A DNA stretch of 64,000 nt from Lingula anatina (taxonomy: Eukaryota > Animalia > Brachiopoda). The notes beneath the pieces were generated by a model. The model searched no databases. It saw nothing but the letters and a program-made list of their open reading frames with translations, and was not told the DNA's origin. Where the stretch lies: the NCBI GenBank assembly GCA_051362555.1, contig CM120645.1, positions 6,882,001 to 6,946,000 on the forward strand, written 5' to 3'. Position 1 is the first letter of the stretch. Each line of letters starts with the position of its first letter. The position numbers were made by a program, and so were the translations under genes. Shown here piece by piece: positions 13,101 to 26,400 of the stretch.

Positions 13101-16100
13101 TGCTGCTCTGTCAACTTACAAGTTGTCATTGTAAGTATATGGTCACAAGACTGCTCTTTTGATGTTTTTAAATAGCCTGTTTAACACCCCCTTCACCCCC
13201 CCCCCCATATGTAAATATATAAATAAATAAATAAAAAGGGTGTCATATGACTGTTTCTGGTCAAGTCCATGTTTTACCAGAACCCTCACTATGACAGATA
13301 ATAGCATACTATACAGACTAGTGTAACAATTTTGCGAAATACCCCTCCACCCCCCCACCCCCACCCCCCCCCAAAAAAAGTTAAAATTTTCATAGATATT
13401 GATTTGATAATATAACAAAATGGCATGCTAACATGACCCAAGCTTCTCCTGTTCATTCTATATTGTTTGTGTCATGTTACTTCAGGGGTCAGCAGAGGAG
13501 TCGTCACCTGGATATAGTGACTGGTTTCCAGCTGATGGACGGTGTGTTCCATTTGTTTGTGCTGGAGGGTCTCAAGGATGGGGCCATACAACAGCTGTGG
13601 GAGACCCTGCCTAAACCTGAGAATGCAGGTGATTAAGCAGCTTTCAAGATTTAGAATTAGACTAGTCTTGTTATGAGGAAAAGTAGTGATTTATGAGGCT
13701 TTAATTTTGACTATTTCAGTACTTTTTTTTTGTAAGTTTGAAAGCAATAATGACAACATACTATATACAATTGCTTTTTCTGGATCATTATATATATTTT
13801 TTTATTCTATCAGATTAAACAATTGATTACAGTATTATTAAGTGTGCTTGATTTTGTATTTCAAATTGTTAATTATTTATTTATTTGATTGATCAAACAT
13901 TAAGCTTTTAAATATCTCTGTTTTACAAACAGATGTTATGCATACTCTTAATGCATTTTAACAAACAAGTATTCTATTGTCTATATATAATGATTTGTGT
14001 TTCAGAAATTGAAGTGCTCTTTAACTCTGACCTGGCTTTTAAAGAGAGGCTGTACGGGCCACTGGATGTGGATTTGTGCCGCGTAAAACTGCACGAGCCT
14101 CTGTCCGTAATCATGCAGCAGCCATTGCTGTATGTGCGTGATATGGTGCCTAAACCCTGCTTTGAAGCCCTGGTAAAGTTAGATGAGGTATGTAGGATTT
14201 AATAGCACATACAGCAAGGCTGAAAATCTGTTTCCATTGGTTGTCGCTTTAATACCTCCTGAAATATACCTTGATAATGATGCAGTACTTTGATTAAAGA
14301 AATAAGATGGAGTATTTTAAAAGAAAAATGAAAAATTTCTGTTGCCTGAGTTTCAAAGTGCTGATGTTCACTTTCCTTTGCCCACCATAAGATTATCATT
14401 ACCATTTCAGTAAATGTCAATGGTAGACTGTTTTTTAAAGAAATTTCTAAAAGATCTGGAAATCCTGAATTTATGACTAAACATTACTGTTTAAATTAAT
14501 ATGTAAGCTGTAATATTTTATCATTGTAGCTGACAAGGATGAAGATGTTAAGAACAGCTGTTCGTAATGACCTCTTCCCCAATGCTGAAATGATCGTGTC
14601 CATGAGCAGAGAGTTTGGAGTCCCTCTTACAGCAGACGACCTTGCAGGTAAACAAGTTATTCAACCACAGGGCCAGCTTTCAAAAAGAAACTTAAGAAAT
14701 AAAGTTTGTCCAAATTTAAAGATAAAAGAAATTTAATTTACTCCAAAAGAAAGAGGGTTCTCACCAGACCTCTAAAATATGAACTTATCAGACAGAATGT
14801 TGAAATAAAATGAAATAAATGTGAACAAAGAAACACACACACACTTCAGTATCTTTAATCACCTGTCCTTCACTCCGCAGATCTTGGTGAAGAGACTCAA
14901 GACAAGGTGGCAGAAGACCACCAGGACATGGTCAATGACCAGAAAGCAGCTGACCAGCCCAAGTCCCGGTCAAGATACTGGCCGCCACTGGACAACTACA
15001 ACATGACCTATATGGAGGTGGTGGAGGAGAGAAACATGCTAGGAAGCCATCATGATTACGTCAGAGAAAATATTGTAAGCTTTATCATGTTGTTTTCTAT
15101 TACATGATACAAGTACATGTAACTAATAAGTGGCAACTAAAGGAAGGGTGTATTCCCAGAGAGTTAGATCGATCTAGAGATTAAGATTTAGATCGACCTA
15201 ACTCCCTGGGGGTTCACGCTAGATTGCAGTCAGCCGAGCACGCACCATAGTTAATTACCCCCATACAGCTTTCAGTAGGCGGGACAGACGCTTAAGCCGG
15301 CTAAGCTGACAGTAATCTAGTGAGACTCCCACAGGGATAGATCGATTTAAAATCTATGGAAATGGGGTCTAAGACATGTTTTGTAATTGGTTAGCTTACC
15401 ATGGTTGAGTGACTTTTTTATTCTTTTTTTTTCTGTTACATGTACTTTGCATGTAATATGTTGTTAAATGTTGTTGAATCGTTAATATGTCATTAAATGT
15501 TGTCAGATTACTGCCTCCTAAATGATTTTTTTAATTAATGAAAAAGGGTTCAGATAGTTAATTAGCAAAGCAATTACTAATTGTTGATGTTCCCACAGAT
15601 CTCCACCAGACAGACCAGTGAGAGAAATCGCAGTCTAAGGACACGTTCCAAGCCCCCTACAGTACGTGCCAATGTGCAGGTTGCTCACAACTACAGTACA
15701 CAGTCACTGAACTCCACAGAACTGGCCAAAGAGAAGTTACGCCAAGAGCTGTCCAAGGTAAGACATACATTATAACTATCAAGGAAGAGGTTTTCCTGAC
15801 TATCAGTGGATTCCTGACTTTTTGGAAGCCAAAAACATCATTGGCCTAGGCATTCCAGATTTTCATTGGACCCCATGTCATATTTTTAGACTTTTTCATT
15901 AATGGCAGTCTCATTCCTGAACTGTAATAACCCTCATTTCAAGGTAAATGGACAACAGACACCTTTTCTTTTGTGGCCTTTTGTTTGACCTCTCCAAGGA
16001 TCATACCCATTCCATAGAAGCATTCTGCCACAAGGTGATATTGTAATCAATAAATGCTGTATGAATAAAAGTATTGAATAAGATATTATAGATATGCCCT

Positions 16101-17937
16101 GAAAACAACAAACCTATAACTATTTTGGTGTTCATCCAAAAAATACCCATGGTGATAACTCACTTTAATTATCAGATATTTCATTACCCCTCTGTCTCTC
16201 CCTCAGAGTGCAGACCACCGTTTCACCTACTGCCAGGACTATAACCACTCTATGACAGTGGTCCCAGTCAGTGTGGAGGCAGTGAAGAGACAGGAGACAG
16301 TGGATTCCAAGGCAGCCTGGAGGACTGCACGTGGCTTCACATTCCCAGGGGTGAACAACCTGCGCATGTGTAACCAGCACCCCAAGAAGCCAGATGTGGC
16401 TAGAGTGGATGAGTTGACAGAGGTAAGTGAGGAATGTGTTAGGTGTGCTGGGTGTGATAGTGTGCTGAATATGTTAGGTGTGCTGGGTGTGACAGTGTGC
16501 TGAATGAACTGTGTTTGGGACATTTGCCATTGATGTGACAATGCATTGGAGATGCCTGGAATGCGGCAGTGTCATAGACGTGTAACTTAATGTCACAATG
16601 TAATAGATGTTAAGTGAGTTTGTTTGATAGCAATGTGTAAAACAATATGATATAATTTTCAAAAAATAGAGTAAAAAAATGCTGAATGTATCCTTAATAT
16701 CATTTGTTTAGAACAAAATAAAATTATTCAACTTTTCCTTTCTTTATTCAGCCATGGCGAGAGAATACCATGCATACAAATGTGCTAGATCCTACACTGG
16801 ACAGGGACACTTACCCATGGCACAAACGTAGGGAAGATCTCGATATTTGGCGTAAACCTTTGCCTCACTTTGGACACATATTCCCAGTGACCATTCACCA
16901 AGCTGGCGACAAACTGCACGAAGAGCAACGAGAAGCAGCGAAAATTGACCAAGAAAAATGGCGGTCAAGAATAGTCATCGATGACCCCAGATTTTACCTA
17001 CATCGCTGCAATACCGTCACAGAGCAGAAAGACGCTGGCCCAAAATCAAATAATCAAATAGCAAAACTGCAAGGCCTGCTGAAAGATGAACCTAAAAAGT
17101 TCAGTCTGAGGAAAGACCCCATGAAACTCCATGATGTACCCCCTCTAAATGTGGTTCTCAATCCCAGCGTGGACACTGCCAAGAGGGAAGCTGGCCTTCC
17201 CATAGTTCCTGCTGTGGACGGGGAGTTTGAGGAGAGGGTGAACGGGTTTATGCCTGGGCCATATGAGGAGCACAGCTGGCTGCTGGAGAGAAACAAGATA
17301 CCCGTCAGAGACTATGAGCACCATAAATTTAACTTAAGGAAAGGGGGTGACTTTAAGTAAGTGTGGTTTGAATTTGTGGTTATTATAAAGCAGTAGTTTC
17401 ATTTGAAGCAAATTGCTGTAGTTGACCCAGATAAAGATGATGTTTTATAGAATTCTTCTGATATTGTATGCTACATATTCATATAAGGTATTTTCACCTA
17501 GCAAAGGCTTATAATCAACTGCATCATTTTGCTCAATATTTTAATGTTTTTTTATATATTTTGACTTGAAACTTTGAAAATAGCATAATGTAATGAGCTA
17601 TTTAATATTTTTTATTTCAATCTATAAAATATACTTTTTTCTCTCTTATAGTGTTTACCACAAGGAAAAGAGTGCCCTGTCAAAACGAAAGCTTGTCCCA
17701 TTAACAGAAAAAGAAAAAGACAATAACTTGTTCCAAAGCTTAGATGAGCGTCTCTTGCTTCAACAGCAGACGATGTTCAGCGACTCAGGAGATATGGGCT
17801 TGGCTCCCAGCTACAGGTCGTACCCCCTCAGGGTTGAGGTACAGGAACCAACAGACCTCACAGAAAAGATGGAAAAACTAAACTCTACTCTTACACAAAA
17901 GACAGATGACTCTAAAGTGGCTCTTGAGGCAACATAG
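1..17937 (+). CDS. CFAP92: Multi-exon cilia- and flagella-associated protein 92-like (KIAA1257/DUF4550 family), 5' end outside window
   Basis: GT-AG exons at approx <1-122, 596-781, 4917-5160, 5841-6136, 6293-6479, 6775-6964, 7332-7444, 7875-8036, 8370-8582, 12525-12655, 12970-13130, 13486-13628, 14006-14187, 14530-14647, 14881-15074, 15599-15757, 16207-16422, 16752-17356, 17652-17937 (TAG). Peptides ELRIWDTKDK..ARYDRPKAFKLP, GPPLEIGVHDRDR, HNYSTQSLNSTELAKEKL and AWRTARGFTFPG recall the CFAP92 family. AATAAA at ~19217. Family name from recall, not a search. Confidence 0.75.
1128..4853 (-). mobile_element. Non-autonomous LTR retroelement (LARD/TRIM-like), intact ends
   Basis: Direct repeats 1128-1666 and 4317-4853 (~538 bp, TG...CA termini). 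4-bp TSD AATG at 1124-1127 and 4854-4857. Minus-strand PPT AAAAAGGGAAGGCG abuts 1666 and a PBS-like TGGCCGAGCTTCG lies next to 4317. No long internal ORF. Confidence 0.93.
2838..3040. repeat. ~75-bp direct duplication inside the LTR element
   Basis: TCTGGTCT(A/G)ACTTGCATTTATCCATCGGTGGACCTAAATTAACAAGCAGCCCTACGTCGCTAGGAA at ~2838 and ~2966. Confidence 0.85.
5145..5400. repeat. ~135-bp tandem duplication spanning an exon/intron boundary
   Basis: AACCAGGAAATGA...ATAAGAGC(C/T)GTGTTGTTTGGATT..CATGATATAATGCCATAAA...AGTGAAACCA at ~5147 and ~5280. Confidence 0.8.
8727..12262 (+). mobile_element. Helentron-associated non-autonomous element (HINE/DINE-1-like) with internal satellite
   Basis: Subterminal inverted repeats TTGTACCACCAGC (8730-8742) and GCTGGTGGTACAA (12213-12225). 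5' partial inverted-repeat hairpin, (CGGCTCCTG)n microsatellite at ~8791-8826, 3' stem-loop GAGGCG-GTAT-CGCCTC (12232-12247), ends CTAGTT. Confidence 0.8.
9731..12050. repeat. 146-bp tandem satellite (~12 units) with 738-bp higher-order repeat
   Basis: Units start CCTTTTATCTCCAAAACTGGCAGAGATAGG at ~146-bp spacing (6 units 9731-10606). A ~286-bp spacer plus 3 units then occurs twice (10621-11358, 11359-12050); the spacer also matches 9446-9730. Confidence 0.95.
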
Positions 17938-19527
17938 CACACAGTTGCTACATGTATAAAACAGAACTAAATTTTCACATTTCAAAAGGAAACAGCCCGT
18001 CAACATCTAGAAAGAAAAAAAGATCAGGATTCTGTGTTCTCATTTTAAGGAGTTTTTGCACTTTATGACAAGGGATTTATTTTTCCTTGTTTACATGAAA
18101 GATATTAACGAAAAAAGACGTACATACATGTGATATCAATTAGATCACACCACCTTGTCTTGTTGTGAAATTCCCAAGCAGTTTGATGTAAAATATCCGA
18201 GGAAATTATTATAATTTTCAATATCAGAGACGTTTTAGACAAATAAGTCATGTTGCCACAAGATATGTACAGACATGTGATATTGCTCAGTAACAAATAG
18301 GAAGAATGCCATTTAGCATGTGCTAGTTTTCTTTCAAAACTGTCCACATTATTTTGACTGTTGGGTGATAAAGTTTCGTAACATGCCTGAGCAGATCTGC
18401 TGGTCATGAACTGTCAGTTTGTGCTGTAACTTTTATGCTTTATTTATTACATGCTCAAAATTGTAATTGGAGGTTCGTAGGGTCAATGTTTTTGTTTATA
18501 TACTACATGCATTTGATAGGTCTGAGGACTGTCAACACAAAATATACCATAGAAGGTCAGAACTTCATTAAATTGCCCCAAACAAAACCAATTTATTTGA
18601 ACTGAGATTCAAGACTGTGTTCTCACATGCAGTTTTTTGTTTGTATTATTTTTACATCCAGATGAACTTATTCTGCATTCTGCAGTTTTTTTGTGTTTAT
18701 GCAATGTTAAAGCAGAATTTCCGTATTTCTGTCACATCTGTTGAGGAGCAGTTGACAGTAGTCCATCCATCCAAAGTTGTTGTTTTTTTTTAATTTGTTT
18801 AAGTAGACATGTATTACTCCATCTAATCTTTGACCTCCTATTTCACTACATTTATAACCATAATTTAGTAGCCTGTGATGATTTCAGCCAAAATGTACCA
18901 TAGCATTCAGCAAAATCCATACTTCCATTAACAGTGTCATTTTATTTTCATAACCATGTGATATCATGTGCCTTGATTGAATTTGTGTTCTTTCAATTTT
19001 TGCTGCTGTGAGAAATTACTGCATAATAATATGTTCATCCTTTATATTAATTAAAAGAATTAATTTTATTATAATTGTGATAGTATGCTGATTAATAATA
19101 ATGATATGATTTGTTCTGATTATTATATTTTTGGTGACAGGATTATATTCTGGTGATAACAGTGATAATTTTAAATTTTGTAGACTTCTGTTGATGCCGT
19201 CCAACTCATAATGCCAAATAAATCTGATGGTGTAAACTACAACTTGTTTTTTTTTATTCTAAAAATTGTATAATTTTTGCAGTCTGGGCATTTGGGGATG
19301 TCATTTAATATTCACCGCTAAAGTTAACCAAGTTGTGAACACGATTGTACTTCTTCTAGAAGGATATCTGGCTTCCTAGTTTGCAGTGTTAGAAATGTGT
19401 TTTCATCATTTCTTTATTTCATCCCTTGTCAGTGGTCCTCCATAATCACTTTTGACCCAAGTTAATCTTCATTTGGTTATGGGCAAAACATCGGTAGGTA
19501 ATGTTTTTTTAAGTCTCCCTGTATAAA

Positions 19528-19692
19528 CAGGCCCGTAGCCAGCAATTTCAAAAGGGGGGTTCTTTTTCTGAAAAAGTGGACCTTTTCCCATAAAAACTTC
19601 ATGTACCTAGATCAAATTTTACCCAGAGTGGACCTTTCCCAGCAAAAGGGGCGGTTCTTTCGAACCCCCGACCCCCCCTGGCTACGGGCCTG
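19528..19692. mobile_element. MITE with 15-bp TIRs and 5-bp TSD
   Basis: CAGGCCCGTAGCCAG ... CTGGCTACGGGCCTG, flanked by ATAAA on both sides. Related copy at 48550-48671. Confidence 0.85.
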
Positions 19693-20486
19693 ATAAAACG
19701 GGGTAAAGAATTCTGAAAAAAACCCCAAGTACTCAAATTTTTACTTAATGTTGAAAATGGAACAATAAATAGGGTTTACATCACTGTGTGTTTAGAAAAT
19801 AATGACAACTCTACAAACTGTATACAGTTAGACACATGTATACCCGATACGCACGGCTAGATATGTCTTTTTCCTCGCGCCATATTCGATATCACTCCTT
19901 TTTGACCCCCTTTAAAGTAGCTTTTTACCCACTGTCGGTTCCTATTTTTACAATAATTCGTAATTCAATTATTCATTATCCAACAATGTTTTCTTTATTG
20001 ATGAACCTATGGGGATTTAAAAAAAAATTCTTGCCACAGCTGCCTCAGGACGGTAGACAGGGGGGTTTGGAGGCTAGGTGTAACGAAACTGAAGGTCCGT
20101 GTAACAGAAACTCCGCCTCCATTTAGTTATAATGGTTAGGGTTAGCCTGACCTAAGTGGGTCAAAATCTAGGGCGAGGCTTACCTGTGCAAATGAATGGG
20201 AAGCGGACTCTCTATCATGGGGGAACTCTCTGTCACGTTACACTGGGTTCAAATGATTCAAAACAACTTCCCCTGTGGTCGGAAAAGATCCGCCCTGTTT
20301 CCAATTTTGATCTACTTAGTGGCATTTACCAGGTTGGGTCAATTAAGGAGGTACAAAGGTTCACATTTTTTAGAAAAAATACATGTTATTGCTGACTAAA
20401 GATGATCTACAAGTCTGTGGTTAGTATGTACTTTAAAGGGAGCCAAGTAACGATAGATGGATGTGAACACACCCTGTACATGTGTT

Positions 20487-23400
20487 TCACTGTTCCCAGT
20501 CAATATCACCTTCCTGGAGTCGTACATATACATCCCTATGAACCTCAGAGTACAGCAAACTTCCAAATAATTGTTCTGAAAGCAGTTCACAATTCATGGG
20601 CTTCACTTCAGTTTTTGGTTGCCAGTAGAAACCAGAACATCCGTGCAAAACACAGAAACTCATGCAATCGAGTACACGTGTCGAAACTTTCGTCTTGGTG
20701 ATATCTGCAAATCGAACGGCGGTATCCGGCAATTTTTTAAACTGCGCAGTGACGCTTGGAAGACCTGAAATATATATTTATTTAAAAATGCCACCTTTAT
20801 GATAATCAATAAAACAACATCAAGTACATGTACTTGAAATCGATCAAAAAACATCTAATTTCTTAGAACGTTGGGACTTTAAATGAAAAATAAATTTTAT
20901 AAGAACATTCAATTTGTTCCGTTGCTTTACGCTTTTGACAGTAACTTCGATAATCAGACGTCAAAAGATTTCAAAAAGAAGAATGACTTATGAAAAAAAT
21001 ATTGACTGCTGTAAAAAATGTCCACAATATATTTGAGTTTGATCGGCAAAGGTGTTTACTCTCTGTTTCAGTAAAATGATGCAAAACAAAACACATACAT
21101 GCTGTTTTGTTATTTGAATGTCGATATCCTGACGTCAAAGGAAGTCAAAATAGGCCTATGCTGACTATTGGACGAATTTTGTAACTGGAATGGAAGTCTG
21201 CTAAGAACCGAAGTCCGTTCCCACTATACTTTGTACAGGTGACATCCGTCCCACATACTAACCCCAATACTCCCTTTTCTGTACTAATATACTTTCCATC
21301 CCATATATCAACCCTTTCCTGTACTAATAGCCTATACTTTCCGTCCCATATATTAACCCTTTCCTGTACTATAGTAATAATCATATATAATCATACAGGA
21401 GCCCTGACTTCCATTCCTAGAACTACCATTCTTGTCACTGCAAAAAATGTTTCCAGTGTGCTTGCAGCAGAGGCACACCTTATATGTGAACGTATTTGAT
21501 AACACTCACTATGTTCACATTTCTCCCCGTAAAATCCTTTGGCACAGGTGCAGGTGGTGTTTCCGTTCTCATACCGGCAATGGCCACCATTTGCACAAAC
21601 GTTGATCACGCATTTTTTATCCTTATTAGCGGTGGTGGGGGTCCTCATCCACAGAAAGATGGTGTTGGAGGCATCCGTCACCGGGCTGCTGCAGTTCTCG
21701 CCAATATATGGCAGGCCACTGATGTTCGATATGGCGCTGATGTGGGCAAGGCTCTGGAAGAACAGTGAGAAGGGGGCACAAGAATAAACAAATATGAAAC
21801 TAGAATAAGGTTAATTTTTACTTTGACATATGTAGGCACAAGGATGAAAATCTCGGTTTTTGTCTCCATTTGTGGAGAAAGTAGCACCTCAGAAGCAATT
21901 GGTGGGGGAAGGCAGAACGGGGACAAGTGAACCACTGTAATTTGTATGTGAGATTGACCCATGACTGGGTAAAAATTGGGACACTCTCTTTTTTGTGAAA
22001 GTCTCTTATTCACCGACGAAACGGTTTAGCTGGGTGCAAAATATCTGATGGCTAAGTCTTTAACTTTTAGATCCATCTAATTTTGTTTTTGAATTTGACT
22101 CGTAATGCGAATAAGAATCCCGCTTGATGAATACAGTCTTTCGCCAGGTAACGTTAGTCACATTGATTACCTGTATATGCCCTCGTGCCATGCCAAGCAT
22201 TGACGTCACTCCTTCAAATGATGTCACTGTGACGTCATTGTAATCTGACATTGTGTTGGGCACCATCCACGTGCTGTTCCACTGCCTCCCACTATCTTCC
22301 AACAGTAACTTTAAATAAGAGTATTCGATGTTGACGGTTTTTATACAAATGTACTACGAGTACATTTTCTTAATTTTTCTTAATTTTGATGTGATTTCAT
22401 GGAAAAATGTCTTCGTAACGTTAAACATAAATTATGGCTTAATACATATCATTGTAAGAAAAGTTTTGGAGAATAGTTCATCATAACTGTAATTGCCGTA
22501 ATTATAAGCAAATGTGCAAAATTATGCCATTTTGCAGATGCTCTACATACACTCACCTCATAATAATCAACCAACGTCCTATCTTTAAAGCGCAGAAGTT
22601 CTTGCAATATCGAAAATTCCGACTCTAGTAATGAGTACTGAGACACAGGTAGCTCAGACACAGGTGAAGTGCAAGACCTGTAAGTGCATTGAAAACATTT
22701 TTACAGTTACCATCTTATAACCATTCTTAAAAGTGCCATACAAATTAGGTATGCCTGTTTTGCATCATGTTCCAACGGGTTTTGAAGGCGACTTAAATTT
22801 TGCTTGATACTAGGAGCTCACTCACACTGAAGAGGCCTTTGTCTCACCCGTCAGACCGGTAAACTTAGGTGGTTTAATGACGTGATATAAAAATTCCAAA
22901 CTTCAGTGCAAATATAATATTCAGCAAGGACAATTACTTTTCAATTTTTTCAGTAAAATCAATAGGTTTTTGAATTTAAAAACCATTTCAAATTTATGAA
23001 TATGAATTTAAAACCAACGTGGTTAGAATGGAATGCTGTGATGTTCAACAAAGTACTTGTCTATCTCTTGTTTTGTCAATTTATTTACAGTTTGATGAAC
23101 GGGGAATTTTAAGGTTGGAAATAATTTTTTCTAATGTATTGACAGTTACAGAGCGTCAACTAATCCCAAAACAAGTCGTATTTTGACATAACAAATTCAC
23201 TATTTCATAGATACAAACTGTACAATTTTGAATACCTTGCGCGTTTCGCCATCAGTAAGGTCCATCCTCCGCCAAACCTCAGGGCATCACAGTAAGTAAA
23301 GACTAGCTGACCGGTGGCTACTTTCAAACCATACCAGCCACTGGTGCCGTTATTGGCCAACACTTCTGCACACGTCTTGGGAACAGTGGCTGTAAGGAAT

Positions 23401-26400
23401 CGCCGAGAACGCCGTAGTTAATCGGATTTATTTTTCAATGAAAAAAATACACCTGTGGCGTTTTAAAAGTCGAGCGTAAATTCGTATCGAAAAAGTTGAT
23501 GAAAGTGCTGTGATGTATTCATTAAACAAAATATGCAATGAAATGATTTAATGTATAATTTAGTAGTGAAAACGTGTTATGCACAAGGTATATTATAATG
23601 CATAGATAATAAGATGCAGTAATAACGATGAAATTGCACAACGTTCAGATTAGTAATTAGTAACCAAAATACGATGTTTATGAAATGTAAAGACGAAAAA
23701 TGTCCACAATTATTAATCCAGGCCTGGTGGGGATGACAAGATTATTTACAGTAGTTAAGGGTTATATAGCATGTTTAGGAATAGTTTTCAACAGCATTTT
23801 CAACCAGGCTTTTTAGATCTAAACAAGCACAGCTTTTGTCACTTTATATCGATTTCAAACACCACTAGCCCGTGGACGTGTACACAGCATTTAGTGCCGT
23901 AGATTTGGCCGTGTTTCTGTGTACCTCAGAGAAAACAGACAGTTCCGCAATTTGCCTTTTTCGATTTCTGCCCTCGATCATAAACTGCTTTAGAAAGCCT
24001 TCAGTCTTTCCTGACTGCCAAGTGAGTCTGATGAAAACTTCCGGAAATATTGAAAGCCCACGAAGATAAAACATCAAGTCCGTGTTAAAATCGAAACTCT
24101 GAATTGCGCACATTGCTTTGTTGGCATCAATGACAAAAATGACATCAAACACAGTGTGCACACGAATTTATGGTTCACTGCCAAAACCGACCTTATTAAA
24201 TCAATACCAAGCTCACTAGATGTTATAATAGCCTAATCAATGTACAATCGAAAATATGAAAATGTTTACCTGCCCACAGATTTATGATGTAGGCCTATCA
24301 GGCGCCATACTGGTCAGAAATACTCCATTAAAAGAGATTTGATCGTAATTACAATACTAATTGCTAAATGGCATAGTATATATTCTCGCTACTTCAAAAC
24401 GCCTTGCGTAAACGCATTGTATAGATAGATTACAAAACTGCTATTAACTACAATTGAAATTCTGCCATTTCTGAAAATTAAGAGACCACTTCACGTAATT
24501 CATGGCATAAGCCTAGTGTATAAATCATAACACATAAAACATTAAATAAATACTTATTTACAAGAATATCAATATTTGACACAAGAAGTGCATTGATTTT
24601 GTGTACTTTATCCAGACACTTTTTCCGCGTGAATGAGATGTATCTATATGGCGTAATCTAGAAAACTGCCACATGCATTATTGCTCATGATAGTTGATGG
24701 GCAGAAACAAAAACGAAAACCGAAGGCAACATAACACGCATACAAAGACATTACCAAAATGGATGTCGGTCACGAATTTAAAAGCGTCCGAGGGCGTGAA
24801 GTAGCAAAGTGAAACAAAACAAGAAAAACGGTCAATGGAGTGACATAAACATTAATACACACAGAAAACAATGCACCTACTCTCATGGTACACAGTGGAT
24901 GACTCTAACGTCAACGAGGTATCAGCAGAATTGACGCTGTGAAGTGTACACTTCTTGCTGCTGGCGTTGTAATCGATTGCCAGACAAGTTGGCCTCATTC
25001 GGCAGGAGGCTAGGCAATTGTCCACATTGCTGGTGTATTCCACCGCAAGCTCTTCGCTGCGTATAGCTCTGTTGTCTTGCGTTGTCCATTGGTGACCATC
25101 TACGAAGTAATTTAATAACGTATTACGCAAATAACTAAACAAAAACATCCAAATTCAGCAAATCAAGTAAACAAATGTGTTGTGTACTCAAAGATACATT
25201 GGTTAGAACTCAGAAGTGTAGCATTTTAGATACTGGAGCCTCATTCCCTAATAAAGACAACTTGTCAGACACTGTAATATTCAGGCCTACCCAACTCCCA
25301 GACTCGGCACCGAATGATCCTGAATTCACCGGTAAATCGGACCACACTACCCGTTTTCAAGGTGTGTATCAGTACGCATTTCACAGTATCAGACGCGACA
25401 CCGCTCTTGCCTAGTACGCGATGTGATAGGGACGATTCTCAGCGGGGTTGAAAAGCATTGCATCACCATTCAAAATTTGTTCAGGGTATGATACTGTGTA
25501 ATGCGTACTGACTCACAGGCATTAGAGTTATACCTACTTATGCATTTTTTCTCATACGTCTCCAGCTCCAATCCACTGAGGCTGATATTTCGGCCATAAA
25601 ACGTGGCCATTTTCATATAACATGTTTCATTTGTGGCATCGTAGTACACCTTGAAACAGAACTGATGCTGATCACACTCCAAGAGACAATTACTGGCGTT
25701 ATTGATGGACCGGATCATAAAGTCTGTGCCACTGAGATCGGATGTGCTGTTTACTTTATTCCAGACGGTCGCACCGCTGCAGTCTGGAAAACAAACAAAC
25801 AAACAAATAAAATAATTAGTAAAACATGGGTAATGGCCTCGTTTTAATTCACCTCTCTGTTATAACAAAAGATGTCTAACTCCAAAAAATCGTTTTACCT
25901 TGACACACATGAATGATGAAATATTCATGAGGAAAAACATAATGATTAAATATTCATGAGGAAAAAGAGATGCATTATAATGCAGCAGTGAATCGTTAAG
26001 TGTGAAGGCTATCCTCCCGAAGGTGCCCATGCCAGTCAATCACCTAAGATTTTTGTAGATTTTTGTAGTTACTAACGCGAATACAAAGGGTCACCACGTG
26101 AAAAAGGAAATACTGGATCACTATTTTCGAATTTTCGTCAAAACAATTATTTCATTTTTTTAAGGAGGAACTAAGAGACAGTACAAAAACGTAAATTCTA
26201 CTGTCAAGCGTTATCGATTTGCGCCTGTATGCATGGGCAATAATGGGCATGCATTGATGCACATCATTTCTGTCTTTATATTCTTTTGTTTGCTGAGTAA
26301 ACTTTCACGAGAACTGTCACATATCTGGACATAACAGACTTGTAAAATTTACACTAGTACATCATTTCATATCTTATATTGGTATCTGCTTGCGTTCACC

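Noticed and set aside
15150-15365. Imperfect inverted repeats (TAGATCGA motifs) suggesting a MITE
   Set aside because: Ends and TSD could not be defined confidently; similar weak cases at ~38375-38510 and ~38988-39096.
23865-24161. 98-aa minus ORF beginning VFDVIFVIDA, resembling a VWA domain start
   Set aside because: An in-frame stop lies just upstream, there is no compatible splice acceptor and no DxSxS motif; likely a chance intronic ORF.
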